From the IMG/VR virus record IMGVR_UViG_3300037313_000273, positions 1 to 30,971 of that record: a DNA stretch of 30,971 nucleotides; one strand, given 5' to 3'. Numbering within the stretch: position 1 is the stretch's first letter; each line of letters starts with the position of its first letter. Below are positions 16,594 through 24,620 of this stretch, piece by piece. The DNA comes from a virus. Its lineage: Duplodnaviria; Caudoviricetes. The notes beneath the pieces were generated by a model. That model was not told where the DNA came from. It did not search any database and was given only the letters and a program-made list of their open reading frames with translations. The position numbers were made by a program, and so were the translations under genes.

Positions 16594-17622
16594 ATGCCGA
16601 CCCAACGGCAGGAGATCGACGCCCTGCTGAAGCGGTGGGGCGAGGCCATAGCCACAGCCTTCCGCGAGGATATCGCGGCCATCAAAAGCCGTGTTGTGCT
16701 GGCGGCCGTCATCGACCGACTGAAAGCCAACGACCTGGACGGCGCCGTCGAGGCCATGCACCTGGAACGCGCCGCCTTTGCCGGGCTGGAGGATGCTATC
16801 GCGGGCGCTTTCAGGGCTGGGGGCACGCTCTCGGCTCAGACCATGCCGGTCCTGCGCAGTCCAATGGGCGCACGTCTCGTGGTCCTGTTCAACGTCCGCG
16901 ATCCGGCAACGGAAGGGCTGTTGCGCAACCATTCGTCCGAATTGGTCACGGCCATTGAGGACGATCAGCGCACAGCCATCCGCTCGGCCCTGGCTTCCGG
17001 CATGGAGAAGGGGCGAAACCCGACCGCTACCGCTCTGGATGTGGTAGGCCGCATCAACCCGGTCACGAAGCGGCGCGAGGGCGGCATAGTCGGTCTGACC
17101 GAGCAGCAGTCCGGCTTCGTCGACAATGCACGCGATGAGATGCTGTCGGGCGACCCGGCCAAACTGAAGAATTACCTCGGCCGTCAACGCCGGGACAAGC
17201 GCTTCGACAAAACGGTTGAGAAGGCTATCGCAGAGGGCAAGCCGCTTCCCGCCGATACGGTGGCGAAGATGACGGGCCGGTACGCTGACAGCCTGCTGAA
17301 ACTACGCGGTGATGTCATCGCCAAGGATCAGACGTTCTGGGCCGTGTCGGCATCGAAGGACGAAAGTTACCGCCAGGCCATCGACGCCGGCAAGGTGCAG
17401 GCCAGTGCGGTCAAGAAACGGTGGAAGCACTTTCCGAACGAGCATCCGCGCGTTTGGCATGTGCCGATGAACAACGTTGAGGTCGGCTTCGACCAGTCAT
17501 TCACCCTGCCAGACGGGACCGTGATGAAGTTCGCCCACGATCCGGCGGGCGGGGCCAGGAACAACCTCGGCTGTCACTGCCAGACCGACTACATCATCAA
17601 CTTCTTCGCGGGGCTGACATGA
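16594..17622 (+). CDS. MuF/SPP1 gp7-like head morphogenesis (minor head) protein
   Basis: GRNP..TALDVVGR...RRDKRFD...KKRW...R.WH...FTLPDG..MKFAHDP...NNLGCHC. Confidence 0.8.
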   Translation: MPTQRQEIDALLKRWGEAIATAFREDIAAIKSRVVLAAVIDRLKANDLDGAVEAMHLERAAFAGLEDAIAGAFRAGGTLSAQTMPVLRSPMGARLVVLFNVRDPATEGLLRNHSSELVTAIEDDQRTAIRSALASGMEKGRNPTATALDVVGRINPVTKRREGGIVGLTEQQSGFVDNARDEMLSGDPAKLKNYLGRQRRDKRFDKTVEKAIAEGKPLPADTVAKMTGRYADSLLKLRGDVIAKDQTFWAVSASKDESYRQAIDAGKVQASAVKKRWKHFPNEHPRVWHVPMNNVEVGFDQSFTLPDGTVMKFAHDPAGGARNNLGCHCQTDYIINFFAGLT

Positions 17623-18068
17623 GCGGGACCAGCTTCAGCGCCGCCATTGACGCCTGGGTCAGGGAAACACAGGCGCGCGAGACGGCCGTGTTCCGTGACG
17701 CCGCGCAATCGGTCGTGCTGGAGATGCTGACGCCGATCACGGAGGGCGGCAACATGCCTGTCCGCACGGGTTACCTGCGAGCCAGTGGGCGGGCATCGAC
17801 CGAAGCCCTGCCGCGCATCGACCCAGCCGCCAAGCCTCCCGAGGACGCGACGCCAAACAGTTTTGCCGCGGATGTGGGGCAGTTCAGCCTCGTCATCGCC
17901 GGGGCCAGCCTGGACCAGACCATCTATTTCGGCTTCACGGCGGCCTACGCACAGGCGCAGGAAAACAAGCGCCGGTTCGTCGGTCTCGCTGCACAGCGCT
18001 GGCCCACCATTGTGGCAGAAAGCACGGCCAAGGCTAAGGCGGCGGTTGCTTCTCGTCCATCAGCGTAG
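17619..18068 (+). CDS. Tail completion protein (HK97 gp10-like)
   Basis: GGNMPVRTGYLRAS...IYFGFTAAYA...FVGLAAQRWPTIV. Confidence 0.8.
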   Translation: MSGTSFSAAIDAWVRETQARETAVFRDAAQSVVLEMLTPITEGGNMPVRTGYLRASGRASTEALPRIDPAAKPPEDATPNSFAADVGQFSLVIAGASLDQTIYFGFTAAYAQAQENKRRFVGLAAQRWPTIVAESTAKAKAAVASRPSA

Positions 18069-18222
18069 TCATCGCGGTTTGGATGACGACGATATCGCGC
18101 AGGGCCAGGCCGATAATCTTCTGACCGAGTTCGGTTGCGACGGTGCGCCCCGACAGCATGAGCCGGATCTGATGGATCAGTTCGTAGACCTGTTCATCGG
18201 TCAGGGGCGTTTCATCGGCCAT
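18034..18222 (-). CDS. Small antisense moron-like protein (62 aa, helical)
   Basis: MADETPLTDEQVYELIHQIRLMLSGRTVATELGQKIIGLALRDIVVIQTAMTTLMDEKQPPP*. Fills the 173-nt gap between two + strand genes and has a candidate promoter. Confidence 0.6.
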   Translation of the reverse strand: MADETPLTDEQVYELIHQIRLMLSGRTVATELGQKIIGLALRDIVVIQTAMTTLMDEKQPPP

Positions 18223-18231
18223 GAAGGACAA

Positions 18232-18260
18232 GGGATAGCACATGGCCGCGACCGTTGAAA
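18232..18260 (-). promoter_or_regulatory. Putative promoter for the antisense ORF
   Basis: On the minus strand, TTTCAA (18260-18255), a 17-nt spacer ending TGC (extended -10), then TATCCC (18237-18232). ATG lies 9 nt downstream with no SD. Confidence 0.4.
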
Positions 18261-18676
18261 GCAACATCTGGCAGGCGCTCAAGGCCAAGGTCAACGCGCT
18301 TGACGGTGACTACGACCTCGATTGGCCGGCGTCCGACTTTGCGAAGCCGACAACCGACGCGGGCGCACTCACGCCATACGTCGAGGTCAGGCTGTTCCCG
18401 AACAAGAGCAACCGCGTCCTGATCACATCCAGCGGCCCCATGGACCGCATGGGTATCCTGCAACTGACCCTGTGCGTACCGATCGCTCTCAAGCGGACAT
18501 TCGAGCAGATGCAGGAGCAGGCGGGCTTGATCGCGGCGCAATTCGCCACCGACGAGCGGCTTGAGTACGGCGGCCTCATCGTCCGCATCCAACAGGCGCC
18601 GGACATCGCGCAGTCATTCCGCGACGACGCGTATTGGCGGTGGCCGATCAGCATCAGGTGGCGTTGCGCCGCCTAA
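18242..18676 (+). CDS. Tail terminator protein (DUF4128-like)
   Basis: 144 aa just before the tail tube, with GILQLTL.VP...AGLIAAQF...W..PISIRW. Confidence 0.8.
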   Translation: MAATVESNIWQALKAKVNALDGDYDLDWPASDFAKPTTDAGALTPYVEVRLFPNKSNRVLITSSGPMDRMGILQLTLCVPIALKRTFEQMQEQAGLIAAQFATDERLEYGGLIVRIQQAPDIAQSFRDDAYWRWPISIRWRCAA

Positions 18677-18745
18677 ACCAACCCCGGCCCAGCCGGTTCT
18701 CCTACCCGCCACGCGCGGGCATCTCCCCTATGAAAGGACAACCCC

Positions 18746-19477
18746 ATGTCGGGTGATCTATTCCCTGTCGCGGGCGCGCGCATCTATATCGGCGGCGTCA
18801 TTCAAACCCAATCGACGGACTTTGCCGCGTCCGACTTCAGCGGCGAAACCTGGACCGAAATCGACGGCTGGGAAACCATGGGCGCGATCGGCGACGCGGC
18901 CCAGGAAATCAAGAACAGTCTGATCAATCGCAAGCGCGATATCAAGATGAAGGGCACGTTCGACGCGGGCTCGATGCAGAACAACTTCGCCATTCTGCCG
19001 ACCGACGCCGGCCAATTGGCACTGATCGCCGCGCGCGCGACCTCGCACAACTACGCGTTTAAGATCGTCTACGACGATACCCCAGCCACGCGCACCGCCA
19101 CGGCGACCGTGACCATCGCGTCGCCGGGCGTTGTCACCTGGACCGCGCACGGACTGCTCGTTGGCGATGCCGTCTCGTTCTCGACTACCGGCGCATTGCC
19201 GACCGGACTGACGGCGGCGACAACCTACTACGTCAAGTCGGTCCTGACGGCGGATACCTTCACCTTGTCCGCGACTTCCGGCGGCTCAGTCATCAACACG
19301 ACCGGCACGCAATCCGGTGTCCACACCATCTCGACTGTGCCGGCTGCGACCACACACTACTTCATCGCGCTCGTCATGACCACGAGCGAGACGGGCGGCG
19401 GCGCGAACACGACCCGCATGTTGTCATCGACCCTGGCCATCAACGGCAACATCGTGAACGTGCCGGCCATCCAGTAA
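18746..19477 (+). CDS. Major tail tube protein with internal beta-barrel insertion
   Basis: WTEIDGWETMGAIGD...KMKGTFDAGSM...DAGQLAL...NYAFKIVYDD and YFIALVM...STLAING flank an insert VTIASPGVVTWTAHGL..GDAV.F...LPTGL...TTYYV...DTFTLS. Confidence 0.88.
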   Translation: MSGDLFPVAGARIYIGGVIQTQSTDFAASDFSGETWTEIDGWETMGAIGDAAQEIKNSLINRKRDIKMKGTFDAGSMQNNFAILPTDAGQLALIAARATSHNYAFKIVYDDTPATRTATATVTIASPGVVTWTAHGLLVGDAVSFSTTGALPTGLTAATTYYVKSVLTADTFTLSATSGGSVINTTGTQSGVHTISTVPAATTHYFIALVMTTSETGGGANTTRMLSSTLAINGNIVNVPAIQ

Positions 19478-19484
19478 CTGAGAC

Positions 19485-19571
19485 CCGGCCCGACAGCCGG
19501 ATTTGGACGCCGCGCGTATCTGCGGCCAGGGGCGGTGTTGTCGGACGCCGTCCCGATCCTCCCGACAAGGA
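19485..19571 (+). promoter_or_regulatory. Kissing-loop/pseudoknot-capable RNA leader of the tail chaperone
   Basis: CCGGC-CCGACA-GCCGG (19485-19500), GGGGCGGTGT-TGTCGG-ACGCCGTCCC (19529-19554), and a second CCGACA (19562-19567) abutting SD AAGGA. Confidence 0.65.
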
Positions 19572-19577
19572 AACATC

Positions 19578-20015
19578 ATGGATATTCAGAACCTTACCCG
19601 CGACATCGAGGGTATCAGCGCCGGCCAATGGGTTGGCGATCTTCCCGGCTGCGACGACGCCCGCGTCCGGGTGCGCGGCATGACCAGCCCGGTCGTGCGC
19701 ACGTTGCGCTCCCGCAAGGAACGCCAGGCGCCGAAGGACGACCGCGAACGCGACGGATCGTTGACCGATGCCGCGCGGTTGCGGATCACGCGCGAAGTGC
19801 TGCATGAGGCCGTGCTGCTCGACTGGGACGGCTTTACCTCGGGCGGCCAGGTCTTGCCGTATAGCGCCGACATGGCCGGCAAGCTGCTGCTCGATCCCAA
19901 GTTGGAGCGGTTCGCCGACATCGTGGCCTATGCCGCCAATATTGTCGACAATTCGACCGCTGAGAAGGTCGAGGTGTTGGCAAAAAACTCACCGAAAGCG
20001 TCGCCTGGAGCCTAG
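19578..20015 (+). CDS. Tail assembly chaperone (gpG-like)
   Basis: ATG 19578 after AAGGAAA. Contains RVRVRG...EAVLLDWDG...PYSAD. Lies between tail tube and tape measure and ends just after the slippery site. Confidence 0.88.
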   Translation: MDIQNLTRDIEGISAGQWVGDLPGCDDARVRVRGMTSPVVRTLRSRKERQAPKDDRERDGSLTDAARLRITREVLHEAVLLDWDGFTSGGQVLPYSADMAGKLLLDPKLERFADIVAYAANIVDNSTAEKVEVLAKNSPKASPGA

Positions 20016-20371
20016 AGCACGGCGCCGCGTTTCGCCGCGACAGAGAGGCGGGCAGGGAGCCTAAAGCCTTCCCGCCACCCCTCCTGCCCGGTGCAGACGC
20101 GTTTCTCGACGCCTTCTGGGACCTTGGCAGCGAGCGGCAACTTGGCTTCGGCATAGGTCCGATACCTCGGTCAGCCATCGCGGCCTGGGCGCGTGACAAC
20201 GGCCTTGATGCCGACGAGGCGGACGAGTTTCAGCACATCATCCGGGCCGTTGACGCCGCCTATCTCGCACGGTCGGCGCCAAAGACCGATCCCAAGCCCG
20301 AGGAGCCGCGTGTGTCCGAACGGCCGCTCACACCCGACCTTGTCACAGCCCTATTCGGGAGATCGAAATGA
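19982..20371 (+). CDS. gpT-like -1 frameshift extension of the tail assembly chaperone
   Basis: A AAA AAC at 19982-19988. The -1 frame is open without its own start: KLTESVAWSLEHG...AFWDLGSERQLGFGIGPIPRSAIAAWA...IIRAVDAAYL...LFGRSK*. Its TGA at 20369-20371 overlaps the tape measure ATG. Confidence 0.88.
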   Translation, partial: KKLTESVAWSLEHGAAFRRDREAGREPKAFPPPLLPGADAFLDAFWDLGSERQLGFGIGPIPRSAIAAWARDNGLDADEADEFQHIIRAVDAAYLARSAPKTDPKPEEPRVSERPLTPDLVTALFGRSK

Positions 20372-23300
20372 CCGATGTCGCCGAACTCGGCTTAAAAATC
20401 CAGTCCGATCAGGTCGAAGTCGCCACCAAGCGGCTGAACGACCTGAAGGACGCGTCCAAGGGCGCGGAGAAGGCAGCGGGCGACGTCGCCACCGGGGCCA
20501 TGCGTGCCGAAGCCGGGCTGAAAGGCGAGGGTGACGCGGCCAAGACCGCGGCGGGTGCGCTCCAGCAGGCGGCGGGCGCGTCCACAGGCGCGGCCAAGGC
20601 AAGCGATTTCCTGAAGAAGGCCGCAGATGACGCGGGGAAGGGTGTAAACGACTCCGCGAATGCGCTGGCCAATGCGACGAAGGCGGCGGACAAGTATATC
20701 GCCTCTCTTGAGAAGGCTGCTTCCCAAGCCGGGAAAACGACGGCTCAAATCAAGCAGATGGAGATCGAGGCCAATGCCGCGGCTGCGGAGAAGGCGGGCC
20801 TACTGGATCACGCCGCGCGTATTCGTGCCCTTGGTGCGATTGATGACGAGGCGGGGCCCAGCGAGAGGGCAATCCGCGCCGGCCGCCTTAACCTGATCCG
20901 CCAAGGATCGGATGTGTTCACGTCCGGTGCCATGGGCATGTCTCCCAGCATGATCGCGATCCAACAGGGGCCGCAAATCCTTGACGCCTTGGCGCAGTCC
21001 GGCATCAAGGTCGGGGCAGGGATGGGTATCGCCGGGGCCGCAATCGTTGCCGTAGCGGGTGCCGTGGCTGTCCTTGGCGGCAACGCCATGCGCACCGCGA
21101 AGGATCTGAGCACGTTCCAGGGCCTGATTGATGTCACGGCCGACAGTAGCGCGTACACTGCCGAGAAGATGGCCTCAGTATCACGCGCCCTGGACGTGCA
21201 GGGTGTGTCCGCCAAAGACGCGCGGGCCGAATTGGCGGCTTTCCTGCACGACGGCGTGAAGCCGGAGCGGATGCAGGAATTCGGCAAGACCGCTATGTAC
21301 ATGTCGAAGGTGCTTGGCGGTGACGTGGTTGATGCGGCTAAGTCAGTCTCGACAGCGTTCACCGGCACATGGGATGACGTCAAAAACCTGGACGACAGCC
21401 TGCACTTCCTGTCGAAGACGGAAAAGGATGGAATTCAGACCGAGCACGACCACATCAAAAGCTTGTTTGAGCAGGGCAAGGCTGGAGAGGCGCGAAATCT
21501 GGCATTCCAGCTTTTCAGCGAGAAGTATGGCAAAGCGTACAACGACAGCCTGACCAGCGCAGACCAGTTGACGCGCAACCTTTCCGGGGCGTGGGACAAC
21601 CTCGTCACATCGCTCGGCAATACGGCGCCGATCCAGAACGCAACCAACAATATCGGCGCGCTGGTCCAACAGCTTGCGAACTGGCTGGGGCAATACGCAC
21701 AGGTCCAGAACCTGACGAAACAGGGGCTTCAGTCAGAAAGCGACCGGCTCTATGCCAAGCTCAACAACCCGGACGCGGCTGGCGTCTACTACAACGAGTC
21801 CGCCAAGGCGAAGCTGACCAAGTTCGAGTACGGCCCGCTTTCCTGGTTGTTCGCGCCGAAGACGAAATCGCCCGAAGAACTGCGACGCGAAGACGAACAG
21901 CGGATGTTCGATATCCAGCGCCAGATACAGGGAATTCCTGCGATTGGCGACACGACCGACAATCCACGGACATTGCCGCCCATCATTCCGACCGGAGGCG
22001 GCGCGCATGTGCCACCAGCGGTCCATGATGACGACGGCCAGCGTGCCATCAAGTCGCTGAAGGAGCAAACCGACAGCGTTGACCGACTGAACGCGGCCAA
22101 CCTGGCGCTTAATGCATCGGTAATGGCTGGCGCGGCAGCTTATGACGCGGCTGACAGGCAAGCGCGGGTCGACGGCGAACTGACGCAGTGGCAGACCGAA
22201 CTTGAGAAGATCGATGCAGAACGCAAGACCGCGAAGGGCGCGGCGCTTACGAAACTGAATGGCGAGTATAGCGACCTGAACGACCAGATCGCCAAGTACC
22301 GCGCCGCTCTCGAAGAACAGCAGCGCGTCGACGCTGTGACCGATTTCACCAAGCAAACAGACGCGCTTCAGGAGCAAAACCGCGCGCTTGAAGTTCAGGT
22401 CTCGCTCATCGGCGCATCCAATGCGGAGCGTGAGCGCACCATCTCGCTGATGGAAACGCAGGAGGCAATTCGCAAGTCAGGCCTGAACATCGACCTCAGT
22501 AACCCGAACGCCGATTTCGCCGCAGCCGTAGATTATGCCGCCGCGAACGACAAGGCGCATAAACTGCGAAGCACGGGCGACGGCAAGACCTTCATGGAAC
22601 AGGCGCAATCGGCCAGCGACGCGGCGCGTGACGGAGCCCAAATGGACGCTGACACCATGTACATGTCGGCCGATGCAGCAGCGGCCTATCGCAAGGAAAA
22701 GGAACTGCTCAACGAGGCCACGCTGCAGGGTATCGCCCTCGGCGACAAGGACAAGCAGACGATCCACGACATCGCGGAAGCCTACGGTCAAACGGAGAAG
22801 ATGCACGAGGCGACCCAGGCCGCGCAGGAGTGGCGCGACACGATCAAGGGCGCGTTCATGGACTTCACCTCTGGCGCCAAGAACTTCTCCGACGCGCTGA
22901 AGGATATCCTGCTCAAGTTCCTTGAAATGGAGGAATCGAAGGCGTTCGACGCGCTCTGGAACGGCGGCCTCGGTCAGAAGGCCGATAGCCTGTTAAATTG
23001 GGGCGCCAGTATCTTCGGCGGCGGCAAGTCTTCACCCGGCCTGTCCGTGCCGTCGATAGGGTCAACGTCAAAGCCCTTCTCGATGAGCCTGGCCCCACAC
23101 TACGAGGGCGGCGGCTTCACCGGCTCCGGCCCGCGTGCCGGCGGTCTGGACGGGCGCGGCGGCTTCTGGGCGGTCATGCACCCGCAGGAGTCGGTTATCG
23201 ACCATACGCGCGGCCAACGCGGCGCGGGTGGTACTGTTCAGGTCGAGTTTCGCGCTTTCATCGATGAGGATGGCAAGTGGCAGGCCCGCGTCGAGAAGAT

Positions 23301-23430
23301 CGCAGACGACCGCTTGGACAGGGCGGGTCCAGCCATCGTCGACTACGCGGTCAACAAGGCGGCGGACAGGGCGCGGCGCGATCTGCCGCAGAATCAAGAA
23401 CGCCTGAACAACTACGGCAACGCCACCTAG
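20368..23430 (+). CDS. Tail tape measure protein
   Basis: 1020 aa, Ala-rich and helical. Contains lambda-type QGSDVFTS...IAIQQGPQI and C-terminal YEGGGFTG...GGLDGRGGF.AVMHPQESV. Confidence 0.93.
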   Translation: MTDVAELGLKIQSDQVEVATKRLNDLKDASKGAEKAAGDVATGAMRAEAGLKGEGDAAKTAAGALQQAAGASTGAAKASDFLKKAADDAGKGVNDSANALANATKAADKYIASLEKAASQAGKTTAQIKQMEIEANAAAAEKAGLLDHAARIRALGAIDDEAGPSERAIRAGRLNLIRQGSDVFTSGAMGMSPSMIAIQQGPQILDALAQSGIKVGAGMGIAGAAIVAVAGAVAVLGGNAMRTAKDLSTFQGLIDVTADSSAYTAEKMASVSRALDVQGVSAKDARAELAAFLHDGVKPERMQEFGKTAMYMSKVLGGDVVDAAKSVSTAFTGTWDDVKNLDDSLHFLSKTEKDGIQTEHDHIKSLFEQGKAGEARNLAFQLFSEKYGKAYNDSLTSADQLTRNLSGAWDNLVTSLGNTAPIQNATNNIGALVQQLANWLGQYAQVQNLTKQGLQSESDRLYAKLNNPDAAGVYYNESAKAKLTKFEYGPLSWLFAPKTKSPEELRREDEQRMFDIQRQIQGIPAIGDTTDNPRTLPPIIPTGGGAHVPPAVHDDDGQRAIKSLKEQTDSVDRLNAANLALNASVMAGAAAYDAADRQARVDGELTQWQTELEKIDAERKTAKGAALTKLNGEYSDLNDQIAKYRAALEEQQRVDAVTDFTKQTDALQEQNRALEVQVSLIGASNAERERTISLMETQEAIRKSGLNIDLSNPNADFAAAVDYAAANDKAHKLRSTGDGKTFMEQAQSASDAARDGAQMDADTMYMSADAAAAYRKEKELLNEATLQGIALGDKDKQTIHDIAEAYGQTEKMHEATQAAQEWRDTIKGAFMDFTSGAKNFSDALKDILLKFLEMEESKAFDALWNGGLGQKADSLLNWGASIFGGGKSSPGLSVPSIGSTSKPFSMSLAPHYEGGGFTGSGPRAGGLDGRGGFWAVMHPQESVIDHTRGQRGAGGTVQVEFRAFIDEDGKWQARVEKIADDRLDRAGPAIVDYAVNKAADRARRDLPQNQERLNNYGNAT

Positions 23431-23439
23431 GGACCACTG

Positions 23440-24063
23440 ATGGACACCTGGCCTATTACAACGCTGTGGCCGTCACAGGTCCAGTGGTCGCCGATGTACG
23501 TCACCAAGAACGGCGGCACATCCCTTAACGGCGATCCGAGCGTTTACACCTCTGACGGTGGCGGGCGCTGGACCTGTCAAATGACGGTCCCGCTCGTTGA
23601 CCTGGATGGTAACACGTCCGCACAGCAGATCAAGAAAGCGCGGGCATCCATCGAAGCGACGCGTGGCGGCTCGTTGCCGATCATTCTGACCTATATGGCG
23701 GATGCGGAAGCACCGTACCCGTCGGTCGGGACCACGATCACGATCACGGCCGCTGCGGCATCGGTTCGCGCTACCACGCTGACCATCACGGTCACCTCCG
23801 GCGGTACGATCTCCGGCGGCGAAGTGTTCAGCATCAACCATGGCACGGTCGGGCCGCGGCTCTACACCATAACCGCTGTCAGTGGCAGCACGATCACCTT
23901 GGGCCGTCCTCTCCGCGAGGCCATTACGAACGGGACAGCGCTTGAGTTCGTCACGCCGACCTCTGTCATGCGCTTGATGAACCCGACAGAGGCTATGCAG
24001 GCCATAACGCCGCCCTACCAGGGCTTCCTCACGCTCCAATTTCAGGAGTGCCGGGCGCCATGA
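23440..24063 (+). CDS. Distal tail protein (Dit-like)
   Basis: First gene after the tape measure, with GGTSLNG...SDGGGRW...GEVFSINH...PLREAI...LEF..P..VMRL...FQE. Confidence 0.72.
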   Translation: MDTWPITTLWPSQVQWSPMYVTKNGGTSLNGDPSVYTSDGGGRWTCQMTVPLVDLDGNTSAQQIKKARASIEATRGGSLPIILTYMADAEAPYPSVGTTITITAAAASVRATTLTITVTSGGTISGGEVFSINHGTVGPRLYTITAVSGSTITLGRPLREAITNGTALEFVTPTSVMRLMNPTEAMQAITPPYQGFLTLQFQECRAP

Positions 24064-24617
24064 CGGAACCGACAGACGTTACGACCCTGGTCTTGATCAA
24101 GACGTCGCCAGAGGTGCGGCTATGGGGCGGCTTTGGCTCGCTCGTGACACCTTCGGATGACCCGCTTGACCCGTCAGCGGCATACGGCTCGTTGGTCGAA
24201 GATGACAACCCGAAGATCGGTGCCGTCCCGGCCATGCGCCAGCTCGTCGGCGGCACGGCTGAGATCGTCGACTTCACCTTCAGCGGCGTTGAGGCGGTCC
24301 CGAAAGACTGGGTTGACAGTGGGGCAGCGCTGGGATGCGCGCTTCATGTCGGGCTCCGCGCGGCGGACGCATATGGCAGCCAGATCGGCGATATCTGGTG
24401 GATACGCAAGTACATAGTGGCCACGGCCACCGCATCGGGCGGCGTCGATAGTGCGGTTGTCACCCTGTCGGTGGAGAGTGCGTGTTCATACCGCGCCCGC
24501 GCTGGCCTGCGCATGTTCACGGACGCCTTCCACAAGCTGCTGCACGCCACGGATAATTTCTTCCGCCGCATGTTGAAGAACTCGGTCAGCAACACACCGA
24601 AATGGCCGGGAGGCTGA
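24060..24617 (+). CDS. Baseplate hub/minor tail protein
   Basis: ATG 24060 with ATGA overlap. Contains VRLWGGFG...QLVGGTAEIVDFTFSGV...VTLSVES...FTDA...DNFF...KWP. Confidence 0.7.
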   Translation: MTEPTDVTTLVLIKTSPEVRLWGGFGSLVTPSDDPLDPSAAYGSLVEDDNPKIGAVPAMRQLVGGTAEIVDFTFSGVEAVPKDWVDSGAALGCALHVGLRAADAYGSQIGDIWWIRKYIVATATASGGVDSAVVTLSVESACSYRARAGLRMFTDAFHKLLHATDNFFRRMLKNSVSNTPKWPGG

Positions 24618-24620
24618 GAT

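Noticed and set aside
16594-17622. MuF polymorphic toxin, or unusual MuF position
   Set aside because: The protein ends right after the C-x-C motif with no toxin extension or immunity gene. A position among neck genes is not exceptional for this phage type as far as I recall.
18684-18696. CCGGC-CCA-GCCGG hairpin in the tail-tube leader, resembling the hairpin at 19485-19500
   Set aside because: A 5-bp all-GC stem with a different loop is too weak to call a shared motif without comparative data.
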